64,000 nt of DNA, from the NCBI GenBank assembly GCA_030704615.1, contig CM060731.1, positions 58,342,001 through 58,406,000 on the forward strand, written 5' to 3'. Below, piece after piece: positions 36,850-49,600 of this stretch. The number at the start of each line of letters is the position of its first letter. Within the stretch, counting starts at the first letter, position 1. The DNA comes from Takakia lepidozioides. Lineage: Eukaryota > Plantae > Bryophyta. The position numbers were made by a program, and so were the translations under genes. The notes beneath the pieces were generated by a model. It saw only the letters and a program-made list of their open reading frames with translations, made no database searches and had not been told where the DNA came from.

Positions 36850-38998
36850 CTAACCATGCCTTGCTGATGTTGTTGTCTTGCATTTGAGCTGTTTTTTGAC
36901 ACTGGCTGGAACATCCACAAGGCGGCTCTGCTCGAGAGAGAAATCAGTTTGAATGCAGGGGCAGATTTTGAGATCACAATCACCACTCAGAACGTTGTTC
37001 TTTGCACCGGCATGCCATGTCAGCATGCATATCAGCCCAAACTCATTACTTCGTGAGCCTTCCACTGCCGGAGTGTGCCCATTCAAGCCAGATCTTCGAA
37101 ACGCAGGGATGGAACGGGGTTTTGAAACCAGCATTGCCCAACTGGATACCCAATTCAGCTCCGCATCTTGGTCCATTAATTTGCTGCACATTGTGAAGTT
37201 TTCTGCCCGTTCACCGCAAGTTGAAGAAGGAGTATTCTTAAAACATGGGTACTCATAATCTGGAAATGGCTCCAGCTTATGTTGCTTGAGTGCGAATATG
37301 AGTGTGGTTGGCTTGCCAGCTTTACATCTGGTCATCCCACTCCATATGATGAGCATGTTCAGCTTGACTTCTCTCACACAAAAGTCGTTGCCAAGATGGG
37401 GTTCGCTACCCTGGATGACTTCCCGTCGTTGTTCTGGGCTGCAACATACAATTAATTTGGCCCATGGCGAGGGGCCTTGCCTTCCACCAATCATCTGTAA
37501 GTCCTGTGAAACTGTTTTTGTGGCAGTTTGTAAGCAGTGGGCAGCGATGGTGGGCTGTTGTAGGATATGATGAACTCAATGTCGTGTACTGACAGCAACC
37601 CCTCCTCTCTTATGCAAGCATTCAACAAGCCAAGTTGACTGCAGAGCATATTCAGCCCCCCACGTTTCTAGTTGCCTAATGTTCTTCATCTCCTGGGCAG
37701 AGGCATTTTCCAGGGTCTCCATCTGTGATGACACACTATCTTCTCATGTGGTTCAGCTTCTGGTCTTGCTCTTGTTTGCACCACCCCAATGAAGGGCAGT
37801 TCCCACCTGCTTGATTCTCTCCATATGGTTGTCTTGGTAGGGTTTCCCACAACCACCTTTCCTTTTCAGACTGCGAGTCATCAGCCTCGTTCTCCAATGC
37901 TTCACTTTCTTCCCAAGTGAGGTGCTCTCCTCTTTTATGCTTCAACGTCCCTGCACGTGTCTTTTCCTTCATCTCCCGTGGTGCTTTCGAATGAATGATC
38001 ACTGATTTGCATCTGTTGGCAACACTTACGGTGTCCCTTTCCTTGCATGCCACTGCAGGCCCGTCATTGACTTTCTTGGCAGGGAAGTCTCCTCCTTCTC
38101 CCTCATTTTCTGGCTCTGTTGGTGCCCCACTCACCATGCTATCAGGGCTGCACTTATTTTGTGGTGTTGCGCCAGCCAAGGGCGATCTTTCACTGGTCCG
38201 ATTGTTGGCAGCAGCTGATTGGAGTCTTCTTGGCAGAGTCTCCCACGAGCTCCCATCAGTTTCAGGCATCAGGTTTTCTACCTTGCCCTTCCATTTTTCA
38301 TAAGCGAGGTGTCTGTCTTCCTCCCTTTCACTCTTCAGCCTCTCAGGCAGATTTTTCTTCATGCGATTGCTGATCCCATACTTCCAGTCTTTGTTTAATT
38401 TTCTCCAGCCATCACCCTCAGATTTGACAAGGTATTGCTGCCCTTCCTTGTGTCTTTCCTCACTCCCAACTGCTGGTTTTATCCCAGATTCACCTCTCAT
38501 CCTTGCCTGGGGTTTTGCTTGCCAAACAGCCCTTGTGTGGGGAACTTCAACGAAAGGCAACATCTCATTCTCAGCTCTTGTCTTTGTACCTCTTTGCAGC
38601 AGTCCAGCCTCGGGTGCCTCACTTTCTGATTGTTGGGTTGCATTCTTCGACTGCCAACCTTTGACAGGAAAGTGTGCTCCTTCTTCCTCATCTTCTACTG
38701 GTTCCCTTGATGCTTCACCTCGTGTGTCCTCCTCCTCATGTTTTAGCAGCAGCTCCCATGCCTGAATTGCTACTTTTCCTCGTAGTTGATCTTGTGCTTT
38801 CCTTTTTCTCCGTAGCTTAATCAACTGTTCTGTCTTGGCAGCTCCCTTGCCATGAGTGCCTTGTCTCACTGCATCTCCCTTGGCTACCCACCATCCGTGG
38901 AGTCTTTCTTGCACTATTTTGACCCTCGTTGGCATGCACTTTGCTGCGATGCCCCACATGTATTTGCTGCTCCCTTTAATCATCAACATAGTGCACAT
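36850..38998 (-). other. Unidentified minus-strand ORF block (420 aa charged ORF plus 214 aa ORF) inserted in the PPR relic
   Basis: Long open frames with an internal repeat (WETLPR twice). No recognisable domain. Confidence 0.3.
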
Positions 38999-40054
38999 GG
39001 AAGATGGAAGATGTATTCATGGTTTGTACACAGGCATGGATAGCTGAAGGACCAGGGATAGAGTGTGGGTCCAGATTCATAAGAGGGCCGGATTTCAAGT
39101 GAAGAAGATGTACCATCGACATCCAGACAAAGAAGATTAACACTTTGATAAGGTATGATCTGGACTGAATATGTTGTCTTCATGGCTGACATGAGGCTTT
39201 TCACCAATTCTCACCTCTTTGTCATGGTAGGCATGATGGTACATCCACAAGCTGTAGTGCCTTTGGATGAGAAGCAGTCCCCTCACAAAGTATACCGCTT
39301 GTTTTCTCAAGAGCACACCAATTCTTTGCCTGCCAGAATGCTATGCTATCCTTTTCACTCTGAAACATAATCCACTTGTCATGTAGGGTTGGAGTAGCCC
39401 TGCTTGAGTTACCATCACACCCTCTCTTATTGTGTGGGCGACAACCTGAGATTACCATGATTGATCTTCAGGAACACTCAATCAGCTGACATGATTGTTG
39501 TTAGCTGTGTCAAGTCGCAATCTCAAGCTTAGAATGGAACCTCAAGGCTGGCTTGGTAGAGCAGGGACTATTCCCCTTTGGGTGCTTATTACATGTATTC
39601 TTACCTCTGGGCTTGCAATTTTGTGCAACAGGCCTGATGGACTGGAGAAGGCTTATGTAAGGCTGACAACTAATTATGATGCGTTGGATATGGCAAACAA
39701 AATGTGTATCATCTAGAATGGTTCTTGTTGTTTGGAACTGGGTTGGTTTGAGAGGTGTTTTGTAAGTTTTGTAGTTTTGCAAAGTGCTTTTCATGAGTTT
39801 CATCCATAAACGTGTGTTAAAATGTCTGGCTTTAGAACAGTTATGTTTTGATGTCTCTCATAGTTATGTGCTAATGACTGCTAATGAAGGCACCTTCTTC
39901 AATTTCACCTTGTTTTCCCCTCTTATCAGAATCGCCCCTAATTATTCATGTCTGAATTCTACAAGTTAGCTGGTTGAGTGAAGCTTTGATAGTTTGGAGT
40001 GACTTTGACATGATTCTGCCAATGTAACAATAGGAAAGTATCAGAAACAGGTAA

Positions 40055-40127
40055 CATAGACGAGGAGAAGTTGTGGAATAAATACTTTTCTGAGCCCAGT
40101 CAATGGTGGGACAATCGAGGCAAGAAG
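40055..40127 (+). pseudogene. Exon encoding first half of an OSB-type PDF motif
   Basis: DEEKLWNKYFSEPSQWWDNRGKK followed by a GT donor. Paralogous exons at ~47575, ~49157 and ~51370. Confidence 0.7.
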
Positions 40128-40262
40128 GTGAATGTTTGTTGGATTATAGAGAGTAGCAGATGCAATTGAGCGTAGGAACTAGTGTGATAAATTGAGTTGG
40201 GTGCTTCCTAGAACAAGTCTAGGTTGTCATCGTCAACTGCTAGCAACAAGGCAAGGTTGTAT

Positions 40263-41340
40263 TGTCACGCGGCTTTTACTCACCCATCCCTTCGCTATCC
40301 GAGGCGGAAACTCCAAGATAGAAGAGTTGGAAATCTCTAAGTACTCAGCCCGCGCAGAACAATCAGTCATGACCTACAGCTAGTGTATCATGGGGGTGTT
40401 TCTTATTTGTTTCCCTTTCCGCATTCATCTTAGCTACCTTACCATTGATAATTAAGTATCAGTTTGCTTCATCAATCTATCGGTTTCCTTCACTCATCCA
40501 TTCAATCCACAGCTTCACTCAGATCTCTCTACACAGTGTGATTGTATCGTATAAGTATCAGATTATGATTTATCAGGTATCAGGCCGAAGCCATTGTGTC
40601 TCTAATCTGCTCTACAATATCACTACAGCTTTGCATATAACAAGCATCTACTAATCATCTTTCCTCCTTCACCGTGCTCTCCATCTTTTGCTTCCGATCT
40701 CCGCTCCTGCCTGACTAAGAAGTCCTCCTCCGAAATAATGATCCTCATCTCCCCGTTTCTCCCTTTATCTTCCTCTCCGCGGTTCTAACCGTTTCCCTCG
40801 CTAACCGTCGTCTGTGAACTAACATGTTCCCTTCGCAGGTGTTGTTCCCCACAGTCGTTCCTGTCCTACTCTTCGTTCCCTATGATGTGACCGCCGTGTC
40901 AAGCTGTGACTGGCTGTGTGAAACTGTGACGGGCTGTGACTGGCTGTGCGAAACTGTGACGGGCTGTGACTGGCTGTGCGACTGTGTTTGGCTGTGTCGG
41001 GCTGTGACTGGCTGTGTGGCTGTATCGGCTGTGTCTGCTGTGACGACTGTGACGGGCTGTGTTGGCTGTGTGGGCTGTGACGACTGTGACGGGCTGTGTT
41101 GGCTGTGTGGGCTGTGACGACTGTGACGGGCTGTGTTGGCTGTGTGGGCTGTGACGACTGTGACGGGCTGTGTTGGCTGTGTCTGCTGTGATGACTGTGA
41201 CGGGCTGTGACGACTGTGTAACCCCCTCTACAGTGCGCTGCTGTCACCCCTAAGGCTCCTGTTGGTCTCAGTCTGTGCAAAAATTAAGGGTACCCTACAG
41301 ATCCCGTATAAGTGTCTAAGTCCCCTACAGTCCTCTAACA
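40263..41340 (-). repeat. 3' LTR of a second Gypsy element G2 (same family as G1)
   Basis: TGT...ACA ends, homologous to the G1 LTR, preceded on the minus strand by a polypurine tract. Confidence 0.92.
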
Positions 41341-41357
41341 TTACCCCTTCCCCCCTC
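41341..41357 (-). promoter_or_regulatory. Polypurine tract of G2
   Basis: GAGGGGGGAAGGGGTAA directly before TGTTAGAGG on the minus strand. Confidence 0.85.
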
Positions 41358-41381
41358 AAAAAGCCGTGTCCTCACGGTTTA

Positions 41382-44300
41382 CTATTTCCGAGTAGCAAAC
41401 CTTTGTGAGTGAGCACCTTGTTGACGTTGAGAGTTTCGTGGCGGACTGTGTGTACGAGCCCGAGGTCTGTCTCTGGTTGACGGAGATGGTTGATCACTAC
41501 CTGGATAAGTGAGGCCCTCTGGAGGCTGATATCGAGGTAACCTTTCCGGCATAGGAGACCCCCGTCGCTTCTTTTCTGCCATCTGAATTGCATAGTCTTC
41601 TCCCATGTCAAAAGAATTCTGTGAAGAAACAGTTGTATCAGAATCCTCATCACCTCTCAGATGTTTTAATTTTCGAACCTTTTGTGGAATCATCTGGGGC
41701 ATACAATGCTGTCCTACCATGTCTGGAAGTTTGCATTTTACAACTTGGTGTAACCGCTGAACAGCAAAATTGGTGTAGACACTGAGCTCCTTGTCTGTCC
41801 AGGTGAGTGGGGTACCAATTACTGGTGCAGCGTGCAAGTACTTCCATGCCACATGTCCCTTATAGAAAATGTCATCAAGTCCGAATTTCTGTGTTGACAA
41901 ATGGTTGCAGGCTGCTTGAAACCATGAACGAATTTGAGAATCATTTTGCATCATAACTTTTGGGTCATATAGGTACATATGAGGTGGCACCGAAGGTAAT
42001 ACCCAATGATCTCCACTGGAATAACTTTGAAAGCGTGTTTGCATCTTTTGTTGCTCAATGTGGTAACGTACCAGAAAACAAGCAGCGTAGTATAGCCCGC
42101 ACCCCATGACAATACTTGCTATCTCCTTGGTCTTGGTATAAATGAGTCCATGTACAACCTGGAAAGCAACCAATTCCCTCAACATGGTACCTGCCTCGTG
42201 CCAGTATTGTGCAAAGTGATGATCTTCAATATGTCGATTGTTTGGAAGAACTTTAGTCCTAGTTGCCACTGGCAGCCAAATACGCATGATTTGGTAGTAA
42301 TGTGCGAATGACTGCGGAGGACTAAATTCTTTCCAAGCCAAATCCAACATGATGGGAATTTGGTTGAAGGGCATAAGCATAGCCCTGCTGTACTCCCTTG
42401 CAGCTGGAGTTTTAGGTGGGTTAAAAGCGGCATTGCCCCATACCTCCGGCTGTGGTGGCTGTGGTGTGGTTGTAGTAACCACAGGTTCAGCTACTGGTAC
42501 ACTGACCTGTTGTGGTGGTGGTGGTACTGGCTCCTGTATCATTGGCATCTCCTGCACCTCCTGTGAAGACTGAAAAGCCAAAGTTTAAATAAGAAGCCAT
42601 TAGCTGTTCCTGAGGGATATAGACTCTTTGGTCGATGTTTGAAGTGAGGTCTTCCACTTGAGTCTGGAGTCCGTCTACATCCTCTTGTAACTCTGCTATC
42701 CTACTATAGACATTGTCTATAGTAGTTGTGGCAATGTTCTGCACCTGCAGCCTGAGCTCATTCATCTCGCTTTGGGTGAGCTTCCGTGGGGCTTTGCCCT
42801 CTACTGGCCCTTGTGCTAACCAGACCTGCATAAGGCTGTTATCCACCAAGCTGCTTGTGGTTCCCCTGAGAGTTTGCTCCTCTCTTAGCTTGTACAATTC
42901 CAACTGCTGTTGTAAAGCCTCCATGCGCTTCGCCTGTGGCTCAACCAATTGCGCATAAGCAGCAAGTAGATTATTGGCTTCCTTCCAAGCCTTGTTACTG
43001 ACCGCGATTTCATTTCTATTGGCCATGATGGTTTGTTGCAACTCCACGATGTGTTTCTCTTGATCAGCTTCCATCTGCCTGTATTGCTTGAAAGTATCTT
43101 CATTGCGACAGATTGTATTCTTCATATCGACAATGAGCTTCATTTGCTCAACATTCTCTTCTTCTGCCTTCGTACATTTTTCCGCTTGACTGTTTATTTC
43201 TTTTGTTGATTGGTCAAGCATAGTTGTAAATGTAGCACATTGTATCGCCATCCTGTTATGCACTGTCTGCAACTCCGTATGTAGTGCATTCAGTTCTTGC
43301 AACTTGCTTTCATGCTGCACCTGCATTTGGTATAGCTGTTGCTTATGTGCTTCGTGCAACTGGTCTTGCGCGAGGCCTGCCTCAATCAATTGTTGCTTGG
43401 CCAATTGCAAAGCCATTTCTGTATTGCCCAAGTCCTGCTTCATCTTGAGAGTGACCTCTTCATCGACCTTGTTTGCACACTCAGTGGCAAGTCGAGCCTC
43501 AAACTCCTTCCTGAGTTCCTCTTTCAAGGCTGTCAATTGGGTAATTGGAACATGGGATTTGACATAAGTCCCCAACAAATTAAGTGTCCTGCCTATGGAA
43601 CTCATCAGCATTGCCTGTTGAGGGTCATCATGGTGAGGTTGCTGCTGTTCCTCCTGATCTTCAACAGTATGATGTCTCACTAACCATTCAGGCCATTGTC
43701 CCACCGGATTTTCTTCCTGAACTACTTCATCTATCACCGGTGCTACAGTGTCATGACCTTCCGCCTGTGGTACCTCCGACACAGGTGTGTGTATTATATG
43801 CACCTCAGGATTTCCCTTGGGCAACTGTTGCACCTCTGGGATTTCTGTCTCCTTGACCAGACCAGAATATTCATAGAGAAGGTCCCCTTTCTCTATTTCT
43901 GCCACTATCTGTTCTGTAGTTGGAATATCTATCCCTTCACTTTCCAAATCAATTATTTCGGGTTGAGCTGCATGGATAACTTGTGACCTTGTGACAAGTC
44001 GTTCAAGTGGCTGTGATGGTTGTGATGCAGAAGTAACTTCCTCCTCCCTCTCTGAAGGTCCTGCTTCCAGTAATAGCATTTGTCTGTGCTGCTGTGCCCC
44101 TTCCTGGCCATGAGCTTGGGAAACATTATCATGCGGAATCCGTGAAGCCAGTGGATCCGCCACTACAGTCTTTCCCCTTCTCTGCCTCTTAGTCTCGGGT
44201 TGTGCTGCTAGTCCACCCTCACTGTGTGAAGAGCCTTGCTCTTCCATTGCAGTTGTTTCTGGCTCAAACACTCCCATTTCCTTTCTTTCTTGTGCATTAA

Positions 44301-45144
44301 GTATGCCAGAATCAAGGATTATTTGAGCAATGATTGGGCCAGACACTATGATAGGAGACTTTGCGGTAGTACCTTGTAATCTTTTCATCTCCTCTACCAG
44401 TGCGTTGTACATTATGTCCGCCCATTGTACCTCTTGTCCCTTCAGGCCTTTGAGTATTTCCTCTGTGAAGGATCTGCTCAAATATTTGGTTCTGTTTCAG
44501 GGCAATCAGAACGTTCAATACCTGGCCTATCTCTTTTAACCCTGGGTACACAGCTTTGGTACAAGCATAACCCTGAGTTTTAAAGAAACTCCCTTCTTGG
44601 AATAAGTCCCCTATTTGCAGTCTTGCCCTGTGTTCCCCACATGCACCTGACCTGCTGGCAATCGAAACAATTGCTGGAGGTATAGGGGAGTAATCATTAA
44701 TTCAACTCCCTTCACCGTTGTTGTTCCTGTCCTTGGCTCAAAGTTCTGCAAAAATTGTAACATGTACTGTCTATGGTGTAGTGTCCAATCTAGGCTTTGC
44801 AATCCTTCCAATCTCAGCTCCTCCAGTATCTTTATCGCCTGTGGGGTAGCCATCGTTTGTTTCTGCAGAATTGTGGTGCTCTTCACCCTGATTTCCTCCA
44901 TTCCTCTCACTCTCTTCATTTTAGACTCACAGAACTGCTTTGGCTGTAACAACTGCAGGAATGCCTGTAGTGCACAAAGCATAAACGTATGGTTGCCGCA
45001 GAAAGCTATGGGTAATTTCTTGTAAGCCTGCGGGGCTTGCAAGCATTGCTCAAGAGAAAAGCTCTGCTCTGTCCTTTCGTGTCTATGCCACTGCGTAAGT
45101 AATATTGCGAGCGTATAGTCTGTTAGTTCCTCCATAGTTTCCAA
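41382..45144 (-). pseudogene. Long 3' accessory ORF of G2 (plant-transposon-protein-like N-terminus, coiled coil, globular C-terminus), broken into three frames
   Basis: QFLQNF...TVKGVELMIT..YLQQLFRLP and GQEVQWADIMY...GPIIAQII resemble Athila/Tat accessory ORFs; long Q/E/L heptad region; ends just before the PPT. Confidence 0.6.
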
Positions 45145-45192
45145 GTTATAGCATTTATGGCCTGTCCTGTCGAGACGCCCGTTACTCAGAAC

Positions 45193-45692
45193 NNNNNNNN
45201 NNNNNNNNNNNNNNNNNNNNNNNNNNNNNNNNNNNNNNNNNNNNNNNNNNNNNNNNNNNNNNNNNNNNNNNNNNNNNNNNNNNNNNNNNNNNNNNNNNNN
45301 NNNNNNNNNNNNNNNNNNNNNNNNNNNNNNNNNNNNNNNNNNNNNNNNNNNNNNNNNNNNNNNNNNNNNNNNNNNNNNNNNNNNNNNNNNNNNNNNNNNN
45401 NNNNNNNNNNNNNNNNNNNNNNNNNNNNNNNNNNNNNNNNNNNNNNNNNNNNNNNNNNNNNNNNNNNNNNNNNNNNNNNNNNNNNNNNNNNNNNNNNNNN
45501 NNNNNNNNNNNNNNNNNNNNNNNNNNNNNNNNNNNNNNNNNNNNNNNNNNNNNNNNNNNNNNNNNNNNNNNNNNNNNNNNNNNNNNNNNNNNNNNNNNNN
45601 NNNNNNNNNNNNNNNNNNNNNNNNNNNNNNNNNNNNNNNNNNNNNNNNNNNNNNNNNNNNNNNNNNNNNNNNNNNNNNNNNNNNNNNNNNNN
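45193..45692. other. Assembly gap (500 N)
   Basis: Run of N. The flanks belong to different elements, so contiguity across the gap is uncertain. Confidence 1.
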
Positions 45693-46625
45693 CCTCGGGT
45701 CTTCGTCTGAAGCCAACTGAGAACCTCCCCAGGATTAGTTGGGGGAATAAGTTGAAGTTTGAGACAGAATTTTGCCACGATCGGGTTACTTGCTATGCCA
45801 GTTAGGATGTCCTGTAGATCCCCGAGGGTCCAGATCTGTTTGCCCTTGCTGCTGTGTTAATAGGGCCGGTCTTGTGAAAATTCCGCTGTTTTCCTTTTCC
45901 CTTTGCGGTCCGTCTGAAATCGGAGGTTGCCCCTTGCCTCCGAGTGCATTGGGGCCTTCTGGATCCCTGACTCTAGACGCATAGGGTCTCTGGGGGATCC
46001 TGGTACTGGTTGATCTTGGGGTTGGACTGATCTGCAGCATGTCATTTGCCATTGCCTCCCTGTCAACATTCCTAATTGGCACCCTTGGAGTTACAGAGCC
46101 TTTGATCCTCCTAACAAATTCGAGGGTGGAGGAGTGGCTGATTTCTAGATACCATTTCCTCCTGAGACCATTTCCTTTTTCCATCCGGACAATCCGCTTT
46201 GATATGGCCGTGTTTGCCACATTTGAAGCAAGCAGATGAAGAGGATTCCTCAATAGCCTGATTGTAAAGTAGTTTCCTTGCACATCTATGGGTAGACGGA
46301 CAAAGTCCGGAAGAGAGTCTTCTTCGGCATCAGGAGGACCATTTTGGAAAACCATTTATCATTTAGTCGAGATGCAATGTGGCTGTTTTCTAGGCAGGAT
46401 TTGTCTGATTTTGTCAATACATAGCAAGGGGTCAAAACCCCTAGGCATCCCAGAATGAGCCGAAATGGGTTTGCAATGTCTGGCAGGTTGGCAAGGATAT
46501 GGTCTGGTATGAATGAGGGGGAGAGAGACAATTCTAGTACCCCAGAGCTTACCATTTCGTGTGTCCCAATTTTGCCGACCATGGGGAATATGTGAATGTT
46601 GAAACCATGCACATATGGGTTGAAC

Positions 46626-49600
46626 CACTACAAGAGATGAGCGTTTTTAGGACTACGGCTTTGGCGAGTATAAAACTGCACTAGGTACATGACTACAGAG
46701 CGTTAAAATGCATTGCAGTCATAGTTTATGACTTTGTAGTGTAATGGATATCACTACATGACTCGGGAAAGTTAGGGATCATTGGTCAAAACATGGTGAC
46801 CATGATGACAGGGATGGTTTATATGACTAGTGTGATATGTTTGACTACACATGGACGGCGTTTCATGGAATCTTACGACTCCATGACTGAATAGGGTTTC
46901 ATAGCTCTATTTATACGACTACATCAATACACGTGTCATTTTGAAGGCACATATAATGCAAATACGGTTGCCCATTAGGTTTAAATAAAAAGTTGCTAAT
47001 AAGGTTGTTCATTAGGGTAATCGTGAACAGAAAGGAGGGCTGGGACTTGCCATTTTTTTGTCTCCTGCGCCACACCACATAGCTGAGGGATGGACGCGAT
47101 GATAGCAGGATATGCAGGGGCGTGGGATGGAGGCGTTGAGCAAATGATTCACGAAGGAGAAGAGGAGAAGGAGAGGAGACGAGGAGAAGCGAACTCGCTG
47201 TTCTTGGGAGATCAGCTTGGTCTAGCAGGCGTTTTTGTTGTTTCAATATCTGCTATCAGTACCGTAGTGGTTCGATCTCACAGACCAATCCGACATTACC
47301 TGACTACAGACACAAGCAGCACACACAAGAGGTCCTTTTAGGTTGATGGTCGGTCAAATCCTCCATGGGTCAGGACAGGTCAAGGACAATGTGGTAGGGG
47401 CACCTTCTTCTTCAACCTATTTCAGCCTGTGTTGCCCTCTCATCAGACTCGCCGCAAGATGCATATGAATCTGTTAAGTTAGGTCGTTGGGTAGAGCTGT
47501 GTGGTAGTTTGGAATGACTTTGGCAAGTTACTGCAAGTGTGGCAACAGGGAAGTATCCAAAAACATATAATAGAGGTGAGGAGAAGCTTTGGGGTGAACA
47601 CTTTCCGACCCCAGTCAATGGTGGGACAATGGAGACAAAAAAATGAATGCCTGTTGGACTACAGAGAGAAGCAGAGAGCATTTCAGATCTCCACACCAGT
47701 ATGGTTGGGGTGTTGCTGGTAGAATTCTAGGTTGTCAGAGGCATGGATAGCTGAAGGAGCAGGGATAGAGTGTGGGTCCAGATTCATCCAAGAGGGCTGG
47801 ATTTCAAGCTCCACATTACCTATGATTCTTTGTGGAAGGATAGCTACAAGAAATCTACATGGGTAGATGGTCAACTGGAAACGGCAGCAGCAGCGACACA
47901 ATTGATAAGTCAGGCACTTCTACTGAAGGCACCTCCTTCAGCACATTTCACCCTGTTTTTCCCTCTTATCCGTTTCTTGCAAGCTGTCTTCTCTTATCTG
48001 TTTGTCTGCCTAGTCTTCAGTGTATGCGTCAAGGCTTTGTGTTTTGGCTTCTTCCTCGTTTTTGTCACCCTCTCCCATGAATATCTCTGGTTGGAGCTCA
48101 AACCCTGTTGAGCTGTAGATGTTGTCCATGCCAATGCATTCTTCTTCACCAAATCCATGTTTTTGCCCTAAATCATTGATGTCCTGGCTGGATTTCTGCA
48201 GAATAAGCATCACATCCCCTATTTCGGCCCTTTTTGCACTTTCCCGTGTCAACATGTTGATGTGGGGTGTTGTTGTAGTCTTATTGGAGTGTGATCACTT
48301 ATATGGTATATCTCGGCCAACTCATCTAGTGCCTCCACTCATTATGAGTGAACTGACATGATACTTGTGCTGTTGGTTGCATCATGTACTCCGTGCTTGG
48401 CAGTGGGTAAGCTTCTCCTCCTTCCACGTACTCATTGATCACTGCAAAAGGTACTCCATACATCTTCCCTTGAGGTCCTGCCCTTTTCTTTGCTTCTGTG
48501 ATTGTTTCAGCTTTGCTGAAAGTTTGCCAAGACCCATGTTGGGTTAGTGTGTGATGATTGTGTCTCATGTTATTACAGATTTGCATAGTGTTCTTTGTTT
48601 GGGCCTTCTGATGCCTTGTCTGATGGACTTAGGTTTGTCAAAATCAATTTGTATCCACTCTGCTTCCATGTTGTTGCTGTCAGCAGCTTGTTCTTCTGCC
48701 AGCTGAACCCCGACAGGGCCTGGGTCTTCCCTTCTGCCCGCATCAGAGCATTTCCCAATGTCTGTAGTTGCTTCATCCTTCCTCAACTCCGCCCTCTCTT
48801 TGGCAGGTTGCGCACTTCACCACCTTTGTGTGTTTTTGATTTGCACATGGTATCTGCTGCTTGCGTATCCTCATGTAGTATTTGAATATGCCTGTAGGCA
48901 TTGGCTTTACAAAGCCATTGTGCTCACTCTGGGTTTGGGTCATAGAATTTGGTCTGACCGCTGTCTGTTGATGCATCAGAGACACACCCATGCTGCTGCT
49001 TCCATTCCATCCCTCTGGGTTCTCTTTCCAATCACAGAATCGGCCCTAAATTCCATGTGATTTGAATTCGCACAAGTTAGCTGGTTGAGTGAATCTAGTT
49101 TGCAGCGAGTTTGACACATGATACTGCCAAGTGACAACAAGAAAGTATGTAACAGAGATGAGGAGAAGCTGTGAATGGATACTTTTTGACCCCAATTAAC
49201 GGAGAGACAAAGGCGAGGCAAAAAGGTGAATGTCTGTTAGATTACAGAGAATAACGACGCAATTCAACATAGGAACTAGGGTCATAAGCTGAGTTGGGTG
49301 TCTAGGCTGTTATTGTCAGCTGCTAGCAGCAAGGCAAGGATGAATGCATGATTTGTGCAGACGCATGGATAGCTGAAGAAGCAGGGATAGAGAGTGGGTT
49401 ACAATTCTTTCAAGAGGTCAGATTTCAAGCACAAAATTACCTATGATTCCCTGTGGGCCACAAGAAACCTGCATGGGTAGATGGTCAACTAAAGGCAGCA
49501 GCTGCAGCGGCACAGTTGATAAAACCAAGCACCTGAACCGTGACCACAGTTTCTGGAAGCGGATCAAGAGAGGGAGTCCACAATGTCTCTTCTGGCACTT

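Noticed and set aside
35947-36853. Functional PPR editing factor
   Set aside because: Multiple frameshifts and stops; no E/DYW domain seen.
40819-41280. His/Ser- or Cys-rich ORFs resembling metallothionein (also 519-716, 32117-32430)
   Set aside because: Translations of GGCTGTGAC microsatellite-like arrays, mostly in the LTRs.
20935-41340. Treating the two LTRs as the pair of one element
   Set aside because: The left LTR has the PBS and gag on its left and the right LTR has the PPT on its right, so they are the 5' LTR of G1 and the 3' LTR of a separate G2; they are also visibly diverged.
45157-45778. ORFs spanning poly-X
   Set aside because: Artefacts of the 500-N gap.
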